Shown here piece by piece: positions 1 through 13,196 of a stretch of DNA of 64,000 nucleotides. The DNA lies in NCBI RefSeq assembly GCF_006345805.1, contig NC_043008.1, positions 62,434,001 through 62,498,000 on the forward strand, given 5' to 3'. The DNA is from Octopus sinensis. Its lineage: Eukaryota. How positions within the stretch are numbered: the first letter of the stretch is position 1; every line of letters begins with the position of its first letter. The notes under the pieces are model-generated. The model ran no database searches. It was given only the letters and a program-made list of their open reading frames with translations, and was not told the DNA's origin. The position numbers and the translations under genes were made by a program.

Positions 1-390
1 TATTTTGAGAATTAATCAGGATTTTAAATCTATTGTATTGACTTAATTCTGTTTTGGCAAACTTAGCTTTTGTATCTTCTGTTAACATATCATACTCAAT
101 TTTTCTTACACATTTCTTTCTATTTTAACTGAAAGCTCTCAACATTGCATTAATTTTTCCTCACAAATTCTTTTCTTTTTTCTATTTTGATAATGTTATT
201 TCCTCATTGGAGTTTCTCCTTTCTGCTATTATTTTATTTGCTTCATTTTGTTCAACCTGAATAAGTCGCAACATTGTTACACGAGAAGGAAAATAATCAA
301 GTTTAAATTTTATCTTCGCTGTGTACTTATTGAATAGCTGATTGAATCTTGTTCTTCCTTTATAAAGATGACCACAATTCCATCTCCAAA
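1..390 (-). pseudogene. Possible heavily decayed LINE (RTE-like) endonuclease-region remnant
   Basis: Broken minus frames read DGIVVIFIKEE..IKFKL..LRLIQV..NSNEEI and RKIEYDMLTEDTKAKFAKTELSQYNRFKIL, loosely like RTE AP-endonuclease and post-endonuclease motifs. Many stops and frameshifts. Confidence 0.25.
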
Positions 391-599
391 TCGCTGATAA
401 AGTAAAGAAGTGAGGGATATAAACATCTAATTAACAAGAGAATTATAACTGCACCTATCATTACTAAACCTAACAAGTCATCTCATGCTCTTTCAGCTGA
501 GAAAACTATGGAATTGGTGGTATTTCATAGTCATTGTTGGCATCTTTTTTGTCTTGGGAGTCAATGGAATTGCGCATAAAATAATCTAGTCTGGCTTTT

Positions 600-1110
600 A
601 CATTTCATGTCCTAATACATCTCCTTTATGGCAGTGAGTGATGGCCATTGAGGGTGGAAGATATTAAGTGACTCGAATCCTTCAATCACTTCTGTCTACA
701 CTGCATTCTTCGTGTCCAATGGCATCACTTTGTCTCCAACAGGTCAGAATCACCCCCCTCCGACAAGTCATCCTAATGAGACATCTGCGTTGGCTGGGTC
801 ATGCCCTCCATTGTCAACCAGGAGAATTCATCTACGAAGCAATTGCCCCAGCTCCCCTTCAGGGTTGGCGAAAGCGTTGTGGTGGACAACAAAATACCTG
901 GCTGATGACGGTCAAGGCTGATCTGGAACCCAACCTAGGCCCCTATATCTACAGCATTCGCCATTGGAATAAGGAGTGGCTGGAGATCACGTGGTGATTA
1001 CCCTCAAATCGCCAGGCCTGGTCGGCGTTTGTGAGAGATGCAGCATTGAGGATGAATGAAACCAGCTCAATCCACCCCGGGTGAATGCTGTAAGAAGAAG
1101 AAGAAGAAGA
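600..1110 (+). mobile_element. RTE-clade LINE, 3' fragment (C-terminal ORF, frameshifted)
   Basis: LLYGSE*WPLRVED, LRWLGHALH, GWRKRCGGQQNTWLMTVKADLE, NRQAWSAFVRDA; ends in a (GAA)n tail at about 1091-1110. Confidence 0.85.
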
Positions 1111-1650
1111 CATCTGCTGTGGCTGTGTAGTCCTATCCTGGACAAACACTCACTCTGGCAGGTGCCGCAAATGTAGCGAAGACTTTGCCTGGCTGGTTGT
1201 AATGTCATACTTTCTTGTTGACGTCTTTTCTTGTCTTTCCATTTCTCTTCTCTCCCTCTGTCACTCCTTTGTGTTCCCTGTTTTATGGTATGTCGCCAAT
1301 CTCCATGGTTGCTGGCAACTGCTTCCCAGTTGCTAATATTGATGCCACAGGCCTTCATGTCCCTTTTGCAAACATCCTTGTATTGTAAGAATGGTCTTCC
1401 CACAGACCTAGTGCCCTTAGCAAGCTCTCCATAGAGTATGTCCTTGGGGATTCTGCCATCTTCCATACGGCTAACATGTCCAAGCCATCTCATATATCTT
1501 TGTGTGAGGAGTGCAAACATGCTTGATATTCCTGCTTGCTTGAGGACATCTTTGTTGGGGACATGTTTCTGCCATTTGATGCCAAGGATTTTCCGGAGGC
1601 AGCGCAGGTGAAAGATATTTAGGCAACGCTCTTGGCATGTGTCATATGCA
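1110..1650 (-). mobile_element. RTE-clade LINE, 3' ORF fragment with C-terminal Cys/His finger
   Basis: Open frame FHLRCLRKILGIKWQ, MRWLGHVSRMEDGRIPKDILYGEL, GRPFLQYKDVCKRDMK, ICGTCQSECLSRIGLHSHSRC. Confidence 0.92.
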
Positions 1651-2611
1651 TGTAATATCACATCCATGAATCTAAGAGACTTCTATCATCTACCTGAGTT
1701 TCCAAGAAGTTCAAGCTCTTATTGTACTGAGCTTGGATTAGAGGGAGAAGATTGTGCCAGATGACTAGCTCCGTTCTCTAATACCTGATTTCTGGGAACT
1801 GTGGCAAGATTGGCTGACACGACTAGAGATATATCAAGGATGCAGCAGGAAAACCAGTGTGGTCTACATAATTCACAATATTACTGCAACTTTGCTGGAT
1901 ATTGCCATTTTGCTTCTTGAAACTTGACCACTGGTGTTTGGGTTTTCGCTGTAGATTCCTTAAAATTCCAACTTGCTACAGTGTAAGAGTGGATTAATGA
2001 GATAATGATAAGAGTTGGTGTTTGGTAGCAATAGAAGTTACTCAGAGGAGAACATACTGCAAGTGATGAAGAGATGGGTATCATGGAGGACTGAAGTGTA
2101 TGGGGATTGGACAACAATGTGGGCTTCATGGAGTGATGAAAGATAGATGGTAGGAGAAGGGAGGTTGTGAGTGGGTGTATCAAGTATACTGATTGAACAG
2201 GATAGAGTGGTGGCAGTGGTGGTGGTGGTGGGGGACATTCTAAAGGGTAGCAACTCTTTAAGAATTTCAATGAGGATTTAAGATTCATCAATTACTCCCA
2301 TCCTGGTTTAGCCTTTCTATGAACTTTGTTGCTCACCCAGAATGTTGGGCACTGATGCAAATAGACAGATTAAAGAGTCACATATCAGGTCAGAGTCGGG
2401 TACCTGGTAGGAGCCAATAGCAGATGAACAATCCTAAAAATGAATTAAACTCCTACCAAAGCTCTCCCCCTTCTCTCCTTCCTCTCCTCTCTCTCTTTCT
2501 CTTCTACTCCATACCTGTAATCTGACTAAGTAAAACACTGGACAAATACATGTCAAGGCTGACAGTGAAATTTATTTCATTTCTTGTTTTGTATTTTTTG
2601 CCTTGTCAAAG

Positions 2612-2915
2612 AGTTTATGGCATAGTGGTTAAGAGTGCGGGCTACAAGCCCCAAGATTCCAAGTTCGATTCCAGGCAGTGAGCTGAATAATAATAATAAT
2701 AATAATACAAATAATAATAAAAATAATAATAATAATAAAAATAATAATAATAACAACAACAACAACAACAACATCAAAAATACCTTAGGAATAAGAACCC
2801 AGTTTCGAAATTTCCCCAAGACACCTGATGAAGGCTGGAGAGTATATCAATTGAAACGTTGTGTTAACAACAAACAAGATGAGGACAAGTATCTGTCGAA
2901 TGTAAATAATGTATT
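2612..2915 (+). mobile_element. tRNA-headed SINE-like element with internal (AAT)n and a hammerhead-like motif
   Basis: A box tggcatagtgg, B box gttcgattcc, then (AAT/AAC)n, then gacac-CTGATGA...GAAAC-GTT-gtgtt at 2820-2865. A partial inverted copy of the 3' part lies near 32375-32515. Confidence 0.7.
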
Positions 2916-3386
2916 TATTCCCATTTACTTACTTCACTTATTCAAAGATTCAGTACCAAAATCTAAAAAAGATTTCATCTATGATGGAATTTGATTGAAT
3001 CATTATTCTTTCCAGATCCCCAGAGTGTGATATGTCTCACATCACCTTAACATTACAGGAAATGCAAGCTAAATGTGCCACTTCAATACAATCATCTGAC
3101 CTTTGAGAAATATCAGTTCAATAATCCTTGAATCACACACACTGTCATTTTGAAATAAAGCAAATTACACTGGATAATCTGCCCTGGATGTATCAGATTA
3201 AAAAAAAAAACAAGGATGACCAGAGCTGGGATTATTTAACAATAGCAAGAACAGGTGCAGGCATGGGTGTAAGGTCAAGAAGCTTTTTACAACCATGGAG
3301 ATTCAGGTTCAATGCTAATACATGGTTTCTTGGGTAAGTGGTTTCTACTCTAGCCCATGCGAAACAATGCCCAAAAAGTGAATTCT

Positions 3387-3980
3387 TATCATCATCATCA
3401 TCATCATCATTTAACGTCCGCTTTCCATGCTAGCATGGGTTGGACGATTTGACTGAGGACTGGCGAACCAGATGGCAGCGCTAGGCTCCAATCTAATCTG
3501 GCAGAGTTTCTACAGCTGGATGTCCTTCCTAACGCCAACCACTCCGAGAGTGTAGTGGGTGCTTTTACATGCCACCAGTACGATGGCCAGTCTGGTGGTA
3601 CTGGCAACAACCACGCTTGAAATGGTGTTTTTACATGCCACCTGCACAGGAGTCAGTCCAGCGGCACTGGCAAAAACCTCACTCGAATGTTTTTCACATG
3701 CCAGTAAGGCGACGCTGGTAACAATCACGGTCAAATGGTGCTTTTTACGTGCCACCAGCACAGAAGCCAGACAGCTGCTCTGTCAGTCATTGAATTTGGT
3801 TCAATTTCAATTTCATTTGCCCCAACAGGTCTTCGCAAGCAGAGTTTAGTGTCCAATGAAGGGAGATTGGCATGGGTGCCAGTGGTCGAATTCGGTTCGA
3901 TTTCAAATTCAGTTTCAATTTCACTTACCTGAACATGTCTTCGCACCAAAGTTTTGTGTCCAAAGAAGGAAAGGTATGCA
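3387..3980 (-). mobile_element. RTE LINE 3' UTR copy with (GAT)n tail
   Basis: Homologous to 22010-22520, which is contiguous with an RTE ORF; contains tgccacc/gtaaaaagcacc subrepeats. Confidence 0.8.
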
Positions 3981-4952
3981 GGAAATGTGCTTCAGAAAAC
4001 ATTAGGCCAACAAAGATTTTTTTTCCTTTTTTTATTTTAGTTTTAGCCAGTATTTTTTTTTCCTGCTAATGTTTTTCTAATTTATAAAAATAAATAATTC
4101 ACTTGTTTCTTTTACATAGCATCTTTTCTCAAAAAAAGAAAAAACCAAAATAATAATTAATCATATTGGGTAATATATTATTTTAATGCTGAACAAGATA
4201 TGAAATATCTGATTATACCATTCCAATTAAAATGAAACTAGATTAGTATTTCAAACAAATGGTTGTTCTTTTGGGGAACATGACAAAATAGTCTTCATTA
4301 CATTCTAGTTGCTTCTCAGGAGATGAAAACAAATTTTCATTTCCTTGAATAAGCTGAGTTTCAAATGAGACTGAATATTTTAATTAAAATTAAGCTACAA
4401 TTATATTTGCAACAAAATGGCAATCTTTCATAAAGTACAATAAAGTAATTTCCTTGTTCTACCTGTTGGTTACCTCTTAGAAGCTGAGAGTAATTTTTCT
4501 TACACCTGAGCATGATTTTATCAGCTTCTAATTTCTATTTTTGTTTTAACTCAAGACCATTATTAAGTCTTGAATGCAGCTCCTTGGTGCATGCCTGGAG
4601 GGTAAGCACGGCAGCTACAACTCCTACTACTACTACTACTACTACCATCACCACCACTACCATCCCTGCTGCTACCACCATCAGTACTAATGGCTACTGC
4701 CACTGCTGCTGCCTTCACCACCACTGCCGGCAGAGACACCACCACCACCACTGCCACCACCATCCCCGATCCCAATACCACTGCCCACTACAACAGCCAC
4801 TGCAATTTCACCTGTTACTCCTTTGATATCCATAGGCTGGCTCAAGCTATGCAATAACCATTTTACTATTTTACCATTTCTACTCGCTATTTCATTTCCA
4901 AGGCATCAACTCATCAATCTGACTTGGATTTTTAAAATAATTCAAGAAAAAT

Positions 4953-5760
4953 AGGTGCAGGCATGGCTGTGTTGTAAGAAAGCAGTGAGCTGGCAGAAAC
5001 GTTAGCATGCCAGGTGAAATGCTTAGCAGTATTATGTCTGCCGTTACATTCTGAGTTCAAATTCTGCCGAGGTCGACTTTGCCTCTCATCCTTTCGGGGT
5101 CGATTAATGAAGTACCAGTTATGCACTGGGTTCGATATAATTGATTTAATCCATTTGTCTGTGTTTGTTTGTTCTCTCTGTATTTAGCCCCTTGTGGGTT
5201 GTAAAGAAATAGGTATTTCATTTGCTGTTATGTTCTGAGTTCAAATTCCGCTGAGGTCGACTTTGCCTTTCATACATTTAGGGTTGATAAATTAAGTACC
5301 AGTCACACACTGGGGTTGATATAATCAATTTAATCCTTTTGTCTGTCCTTGTTTGTCCCCTCCTTGTTTAACCCCTTGTGGGCAATAAAGAAATAAGAAG
5401 CTTGCTTTCAATCCACATAGTTCCAGGCTCAGTCCTTCGGTGTGGCACCTTTGGCAAGTGTCTTCTACAAAAGCCTTGGACTGACCAAAGCCTTACGAAT
5501 TGATCTGAGTCTGAATAAAGCTCGCATGTGTGTGTGTGTGTGATTGTGTTTGTATTTGTCCCCCACCAACATTTGATAACTGGTGGTGGTGTGTTTACAT
5601 CCCTGTAACTTAACAGTTTAGCAAAAGAGATCAATAGAATAAATTAAAAAAAACGGAAAAGTACTGCAATCAATTCATACAACTAAAGATTCTTCAAGGT
5701 GTTGCCCCAGCCTGGCCGCAGTTAAATGACTGAAACATGGAAAACATAAAAGATAAAAGA
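4953..5760 (+). mobile_element. SINE family A interrupted near its head by a dimeric family B SINE (about 4982-5398)
   Basis: A head ggtgcaggcatggctgtgttgtaagaa breaks off, two B units (gaggtcgactttgcctttcatcctttcggggtcgat) follow, and A resumes at gaagcttgctttc through to its gactgaaac tail. Confidence 0.8.
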
Positions 5761-6011
5761 AACTTTACTAGCATGTCAGAATCATGGCAAATGTTGCTTC
5801 ACAGCACACAGGAATCAAAGACATTTTTGGCATCACACAATAATTAACAAGCATTATAGGCCACAGAGAATTCTGTTCTTCCATGCAGGAACTATTTTAA
5901 CCATCTGTTATCAAACTTCTGCTAAGCTTTTGCACAAAGTCTTTAATTACATTCAAGTGTTCTGGGCCATTTAGGAGTTAAACATCTTAGTCTTTGGTAT
6001 TACACAATAAG

Positions 6012-6423
6012 AAGGCGGTGAGCTGGCAGAAACGTTAGCACGCCGGGTGAAATGCTTAGCAGTATTTCGTCTGCCATTATGTTCTGAGTTCAAATTCCGC
6101 AGAGGTCGACTTTGCCTTTCATCCTTTCGGGGTCGATAAATTAAGTACCAGTTATGCACTGAGGTCCATATAATTGACTTAATCTGTCTGTCCTTGTTTG
6201 TCTCCTCTGTGTTTAGCCCTTGTTGGTAGTAAAGAAATACGTATTTCGTCTGCTGCTATGTTCTGAGTTCAAATTCTGCTGTGGTCGACTTTGCCTTTCA
6301 TCCTTTCAGGCTCGATAAATTAAGTACCAGTTACGCACTGGGGTCGATATAATCGACTTAATCCATCTGTCTGTCCTTGTTTGTCTCATCTGTGTTTAGC
6401 CCCTTGTGGGTAGTAAAGAAATA
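6012..6423 (+). mobile_element. SINE family B, partial dimer with target-site duplication
   Basis: Head ggcggtgagctggcagaaacgttagc; second unit is 5'-truncated; TSD ggtattacacaataa (5996-6010) and ggtattacgcaatga (6424-6438). Confidence 0.85.
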
Positions 6424-7156
6424 GGTATTACGCAATGATAAAGACGGGATGTGAACAGCAGTCGGTTGTCTTTAGGTTAGCATTCTTTTAACAGGGTTAC
6501 TTGTGTCATGCAGTAAACCAGTATAGAATGTTAAGAATTGGATGTCTTGATGCTTGAACTTTCTTTAAAGGAGATTCTAAATCAAAGGTAAAAAACGTAA
6601 AAAATAAAATAGGAAAAAGCAGATATGAAGCTGACTAAAGCTACCGGAGAATACACAAAGAGCAAAATAATGAATAACTGGTAAGAATATAGCCACAGAG
6701 CATGAAAATAAATTATTGACTATTTGTGTAAGTTGGGAAGCTTGAAAGGATGTAAAAAACAAAAGAGAGGGAGGGTAGGAGAAAGTGAGAAAGTGTGGGA
6801 AAGATAAAGGGAGAGAGAGAAGGAAGAGAGGGAGAGAAAAAAGGAAAAGAGAGAGAGAGAATTAGTAGTCGTGATTCTGGCTGAGAGCAAATGTAGCAAT
6901 AATGATTGAAAGGATGAAAAGAAAGAAATGTAGTAATAATATGTAGGAATTCTTCAAGAGTGTAATTGCATGGAAACAGATGTAAATTGGTAGTGTGGTA
7001 AATTATTTTTTAAAATGTTCATTTCAAAGAGATGCGTTATGAAGACTGACTCCATGGAAAAAATTATCAAAACTAACACCAAAACATATGCCTTCAAGAA
7101 TTAAAAGTTATCGAAAGAAACTATACATGCATAAATACATACACACACACATGTGT

Positions 7157-7198
<42 letters not shown>

Positions 7199-7341
7199 AC
7201 ATCTTTTTCTTGATGTGGTCGGGTATTGAATGAAAAGAAGAAACACATTATCAAATGAAAAACAGGTTGAGGATAATATAGAATGATTGGATACTCATAG
7301 CAAAGTGGCTAATAACTAGTCACTGAAGGGTTAATTGTGGA

Positions 7342-7363
7342 ATGATGATGATTATTATTATTA

Positions 7364-7446
<83 letters not shown>

Positions 7447-7486
7447 TATTATTATTATTATTATTATTATTTTTCCTTCTTTCTTC

Positions 7487-7543
<57 letters not shown>

Positions 7544-7600
7544 TGTTATTGTTATTATTATTATTACTATCATATTCATCATCATCCTCATCATCGTCTT
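7342..7600. repeat. (ATT)n microsatellite
   Basis: Direct reading. Confidence 0.95.
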
Positions 7601-8045
7601 TTGTCATTATTTGCTACAAGGGTACATTCATTCATACAAGGCATATGAAGGCATACAGGCATGGACATAAAATCAAAGTGGAAATAAGAAGCAGTAAAAA
7701 AAAACATAATTAAAAAACTGGAAATTTAGACAAAATAAATAAATACATACATGCATAAATACACACACACACACACACACAAACACAAACATAAACACAC
7801 ACTCACATACACATATATATCATAAATGATTGTTATGCATAAAAACAAATAAGGTACCCCATTCATACATGTTTGAGAACCTGGCACCTAAGTATAGACA
7901 AAACATTTCTCATCAGATCCTAATCGCTGTCTATTTCTTAAATTGGAAGCAGGTATTTTTTGAAAGAATCTGCGAGGGTTTTCACATTGTGCAAATTAAC
8001 CTGTGGGTGGGTGCAGTTCCAATGTAGCTTTGTGGCGTTCAGGGG

Positions 8046-8276
8046 TTACTCTCTTGCTCTTTTACTCTTTTACTTGTGTCAGTCATTTGACTGTGGCCAT
8101 GCTGGAGCACCGCCTTTAGTTGGGCAAATCGACCCTAGGACTTATTCTTTGTAAGCCTAGTACTTATTCTATCAGTCTCGTTTGCCAAACCGTTAAGTTA
8201 CGAGGGTGTAAACACACCAGCATCAGTTGTCAAGTGATGTTGGGGGGGGGTGACAAACACAGACACACAAACATAT

Positions 8277-8329
<53 letters not shown>

Positions 8330-8487
8330 AATATGATGGGCTTCTTTCAGTTTCTGTCTACTAAATCCACTCACATGGCTTTGGACGGCCCGAGGCTACA
8401 GAAGAAGACACTTGCCCAAGCTGCCACGCAGTGGGACTGAACCAGAAACCATGTGGTTCATAAGCAAGCTACTTATCACACAGCCAC
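8046..8487 (-). mobile_element. SINE family A, near full length
   Basis: Reverse complement of the tRNA-like head, ttgggcaagtgtctt core, internal (TA)n and ccagcatggccacagtcaaatgactga tail. Confidence 0.9.
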
Positions 8488-9306
8488 AGGTTATCAGGAT
8501 TTGTAAATTTATTTTGAAACCGTCTGTTTGCACATTGTCAACCATTAGCTCTACCTTACCCACTCACCTGCAGTGCATTTTAAAAGTGGCAGTTAACCAT
8601 AAACCTAGATCATTTCCCATATCTCTTATCATCACTCTTGTAATTCTTTGACCCATGTGCTGGGATATAAATGCAGTATCAAAGTTATGTCTAGCAATTT
8701 CAACTAGTGTTTTGACTAAGATTTCTATTTTAAAAGTACAGAAGACAGGTCTATAATGTTTGCACTTTACAGTACTGTATTTTATCGACTCCAGAGGGAT
8801 GAAGTGCAAATTTTTCCTCAGCAGGATTTGAAGTCAGGATGTAAAGTGTGAAATAAAAGAACAAAGCCAGATATTTTGAAGCAGGTATTAGTCAATTATA
8901 TCAAATTCAATCCTCATCTGGTAATTTATTTCATTGCCCCAGAGGGAAGAATCCATAAGCTGACTTTGAGGTGATTTAAAATCAGAACATAAAACTTAGC
9001 TTAGGTCTCTCCCAATTTTATAAGGACAATATCAACCCAGTTTCTCTGGCTTAAAAGTAACTGATATTCAAACAGTTCTTTCTGAACAAGATACTGGTTT
9101 ATTGCAGGGTTAACTTCCTTCCTATTGCAAGAATAATGATTGTTACTGTTACACAGGCCAGATTACAAAGTAGAAAGCTGTGATTCATCATCTTTCACCA
9201 TTGCATCAATCATAGCCCGTCTTAAGATCAAATACCCCTCTGTATGCTTTTTTGCTATTGTACACTTTTTTGTTGTTCCTAGACTAGGAAATAATATTTC
9301 CTGGAC

Positions 9307-9553
9307 CCTGTGCCAGTGGCACGTAAAAAGCACCATCTGACCATGGCCGTTTGCTAGCCCCGTCTGGCACCTGTGCTGGTGGCACATACAAAGCACCCAC
9401 TACACTCATGGAGTGGTTGGCATTAGGAAGGGCATCCAGCTGTAGAAACATTGCTAGATCAGACTGGGCCTGGTGCAGCCTTCTGGCTTCCCAGACCCCA
9501 GTTGAACTGTCCAACTCATGCTAGCATGGAAAGCGGATGCTAAATGATGATGA
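9307..9553 (+). mobile_element. RTE LINE 3' end copy
   Basis: gtaaaaagcacc...taggaagggcatccagctgtagaaac...gctagcatggaaagcgg then (GAT)n. Confidence 0.85.
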
Positions 9554-10574
9554 TTACGATGATTTTAATGGATTTAATGAAAAATTTTAGGTGTTCATAT
9601 ATATATATTTTTAAAATCCACGATAGTTGAACCATGAAGTAGGGATCACTGTACCTCTGAGTGGATTGGAGCAGCATAAAACAAATGTTTAGCCTAGAAC
9701 ATAAGTCCAGGAATTGAAACCACAATTTTATGATTGTGAATATAATACCCCAAACACAAGGCCACACAACTGTATGAGAACATAAAGTGCCAAGTAAAAT
9801 ACTGCCCCGCATTTTGTCTGACACAATAAATTCAACCAATGCTGTGTAACATGATTTTTATCCTTGGGTAGCAACTGTTATTTCCTATTTGTTTACCCCA
9901 AGAAAGTATTAAAAAGGGGCTAATATTTCCTTTAAACTTTCCTTTTGTTACATTTATTCAAACTACAAAGAATCCCTCTCAACGTATGGCTATGATGCTC
10001 CATTACTGCTCCCACTCATGATCAGAGATGCACATAATGTCAGCCACTAAGGGACATTCTCAAGTGATTAAGGTCAAGCAACTGACAAGCAAGTCTGTAA
10101 TACTGAGATAAATATTTGCTATAACAATATTTCTGCTTTAGCAACTCAGCTTTGAATCTGTTTGAAATGCAATGGAAAAATATGCCAGTTTCAAAACATT
10201 GATGTCCAGGTCTCAAAGGCAAAGTTTGACGGGAATAGTTGTCATTTCCTTTGATTTCTAGATAGAAGCAAATAGGAAATAACACAGACCAAAGACAAAA
10301 GAAAAATAATTACAATTCTATTACCCAGTATAATTGTTTGTAATTTAGGTACAAAGACAATAATTATCCTAGTGCTTTACTGATAACTTACTGACCTGAA
10401 AGGATGAAATGGCATTGTTCATCTTGGCAGGATTTGAACTCAGAACATAAGGCGATAAAGAAGTATTGCAGTGCATTTTGTCTTATGCTCTACTGACGGC
10501 CCTAATTTATCACCCTATAATAACTGCAAGAATCCTTTCTACTGGAGACACAAGGTTTCAAATTTAGGGAAGGG

Positions 10575-10972
10575 GTCTAGTAAATTGCATTTACCCCAGT
10601 GTTTCACTGGTACTTAATTTATCGACCTCGAAAGGATGAAAGGCAAAGTCAACCTCAGTGGAATTTGAACTCTGAACATAGCAATAGGTAAAATAATGCT
10701 AAGCATTTCGCCCAGCATACTAACGATTCTGCCAGCTTACCTATTTCTTTATTACCCACTAGTGGCTAAACACAGAGGGGACAAACAAGGACAGACAAAC
10801 AGATTAAGTCAATTATATTGACCCCAGTACATAACTGGTGCTTATTTCATCGCCCCCGAAAGGATGAAAGTCAAAGTCGACCTCGGCTGAATTTGAACTC
10901 AGAACGTAAGGACCAACGAAATACTGCTAAGCATTTTGCCCGCCGTGCTAATGATTCTGCCAGCTCACCACT
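10575..10972 (-). mobile_element. SINE family B tandem units
   Basis: Two units with gaaaggatgaaaggcaaagtc..cctc and atttgaactc; head complement ctgccagctcacc at the right end. Confidence 0.8.
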
Positions 10973-11727
10973 GTGTATAATAACTACAATAATGATGATG
11001 AGAAAGAGAATGAGAATAAAAGGGGAGAAGAGGAGGAAGAGGAAGGAGAAGGAGGAGAGGAATAGGAGGAGACTGAGAATGAGGAGGAGGGATAGGAAGA
11101 GGGCTAGAAATAAAAACAAACACAGCGATGCTACCTAAGGAATACAGCAAAGTTATCTTCTGTGTATACTACATTTTTTACTGTCTGTTTAGTTATTCCT
11201 ATAGCAATTGATCTAAAAAGTTCAAAGCAACTGCATTTCATTTCTCTTTTCTTCTCTATTTAGATTTATGGAAGTACAAGAGACAAGCTTAAAAGAATCA
11301 TCATCAGTTTTACTAATTGTTAAATTTGGTAAAAATTGAACATGACAAGTTCCCAGCAGATGTAAAATCTCACAACAAAATGAGCTACATCAAGCCAAAA
11401 GACAGACTTAATTGTCTCTCAGCAGGAAACACATTTAAATAAAAATCATAACTGCCTAGACACATAAAAAGTAATTAAATACTCTTTGATGCACCTGTTC
11501 TAATATGTTTTCTATGACACACATATACACACACACACATGCATACATAGATGCATACATAGATACATATATATATATATGTATACAAATACATACATAT
11601 ATATATATATACACACACATGCACACACATATATGTATGCATATACATATATATGCATACATATATAATATATATACGCACATACACATATATACATACA
11701 CACACACACACACACACATATATATAT

Positions 11728-11907
11728 GAGAGAATGCACAAAAAAAAACAAAAGACGAAGACAGGTAGTGTAGAAAACAAACAGATGTGTTAGTATAACG
11801 CTCGGGAAGTGAAAAAGTCCTTAATGTTTCGAGCCTAAGCTCTTCCACAGAAAGAAACAAGGAGAGAAAATAAAGAATGTGTAGTGGCTAGCCATCTATC
11901 ATGGTGA

Positions 11908-11908
<1 letters not shown>
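11728..11908 (-). mobile_element. Family D short non-coding element with HHR-like motif (11819-11854)
   Basis: Minus strand reads cttt-CTGTGGA-a-gagc-ttag-gctc-GAAAC-ATT-aagg. Homologues at 18050, 21673 and 63200; flanked by (TA)n. Confidence 0.75.
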
Positions 11909-11947
<39 letters not shown>

Positions 11948-11958
11948 TATATATATAT

Positions 11959-11993
<35 letters not shown>

Positions 11994-12053
11994 TTACATA
12001 AAATTACTATGGATAAATCTCTCAACAAGAGACATTCAGTAAAAGTACTCTAG

Positions 12054-12244
12054 AGTAAAGATTATTTGCCAACATAGCGTAGCAGTCCAAGTTAGGATAA
12101 ATGTTACTGCTATTTATCCCCAGGAAAATATAAGAACACAGACAGTGTGTCGTATAGCCAGCTGGAGATGTTTCCTGGGGCTAAATAGCAGTGACATTTA
12201 TCCTAACCAGGAATGCTATGTTATGTTGGCAAATAATCTTTACT
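12054..12244. repeat. Inverted repeat (about 75-bp arms) from a relative of the 353-bp HHR element
   Basis: agtaaagattatttgccaacat...ccccaggaaa pairs with tttcctgggg...atgttggcaaataatctttact. Confidence 0.85.
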
Positions 12245-12650
12245 ATTTATATATACATACAAATATATATATTATATATAAACTAGAGTATCTTGTATTC
12301 TAAGAATATTCCACATGCACAATCATATAATACTTTGTTTAGAGCTGGGCTAAATATAATGGAGATGATTATAATATTGTCATTTGAATATGTTCAGGCA
12401 TGGCTGTGTGGTTTTGAAGTTTGCTTCTCAATGGCAGGGATTCAATTTCAGTTAACTGTAAAACATCCTGACCTCTAAGACACAGTCCTCATTTATATAT
12501 ATATGATCATGGACATAAAGCTTTTTAAGAGAATAGAAAATCATGATAATTTCAATGTCATGATTAGCAAAACACAAAACCAGTCATCTACCACAATACT
12601 CTATCATTTGAAATATATTAAAACTATGTAAACTGTGTGCAGTTTCTTTC

Positions 12651-12651
<1 letters not shown>

Positions 12652-12736
<85 letters not shown>

Positions 12737-13162
12737 TACATGTGTATATATATATGGCGTTAGGAAGGGCATCCAGCTGTAGAAACATTGCCAGATCAGA
12801 CTGGGCCTGGTGCAGCCTTCTGGCTTCCCAGACCCCAGTTGAACCGTCCAACCCATGCCAGCATGGAAAGCGGACGCTAAACGATGATGATGATGATGAT
12901 GATGATGATATATCATCATCATCATTATCATCAACCACGTTCGGATGGTGCTTTTTACTTGCCACCGGCACTGGTATCATAACTACAATTTCCATTTGAT
13001 TTTTATTTTGATGTTGGTGTTGATGTACTTGACTCAATAAGTCTCCTCAAGCTCAGCAGGTTACTCCACGATCCAAGGTGAGCACAGCAGGTCGTCCTGT
13101 GAGCCAAGAACTCACTTCGTTTGTTGGGTCTTCGCAGTCATATATAATATATATATATATAT

Positions 13163-13196
<34 letters not shown>

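Noticed and set aside
1880-2330. Ser/Pro/Leu-rich minus ORFs (also 46460-46810 and 54130-54420)
   Set aside because: Purine-biased, probably very old LINE debris; no motif strong enough to classify.
2617-2690. tRNA gene
   Set aside because: A and B boxes are present but there is no acceptor stem or cloverleaf; it is a SINE-type head. The same applies at 13930-13998, 14070 and 25765-25832.
9640-9770. Apparent minus-strand microexon AKHLFYAAPIHSE
   Set aside because: The sequence is a decayed group C SINE head and core (gtggtttcaattcctggac, gctccaatccactcag).
9160-10290. Minus-strand exon candidates after AG acceptors near 9280 and 10258
   Set aside because: No convincing donors, frames stop or run into repeats, and the peptides are not recognisable. 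RNA-seq would be needed.
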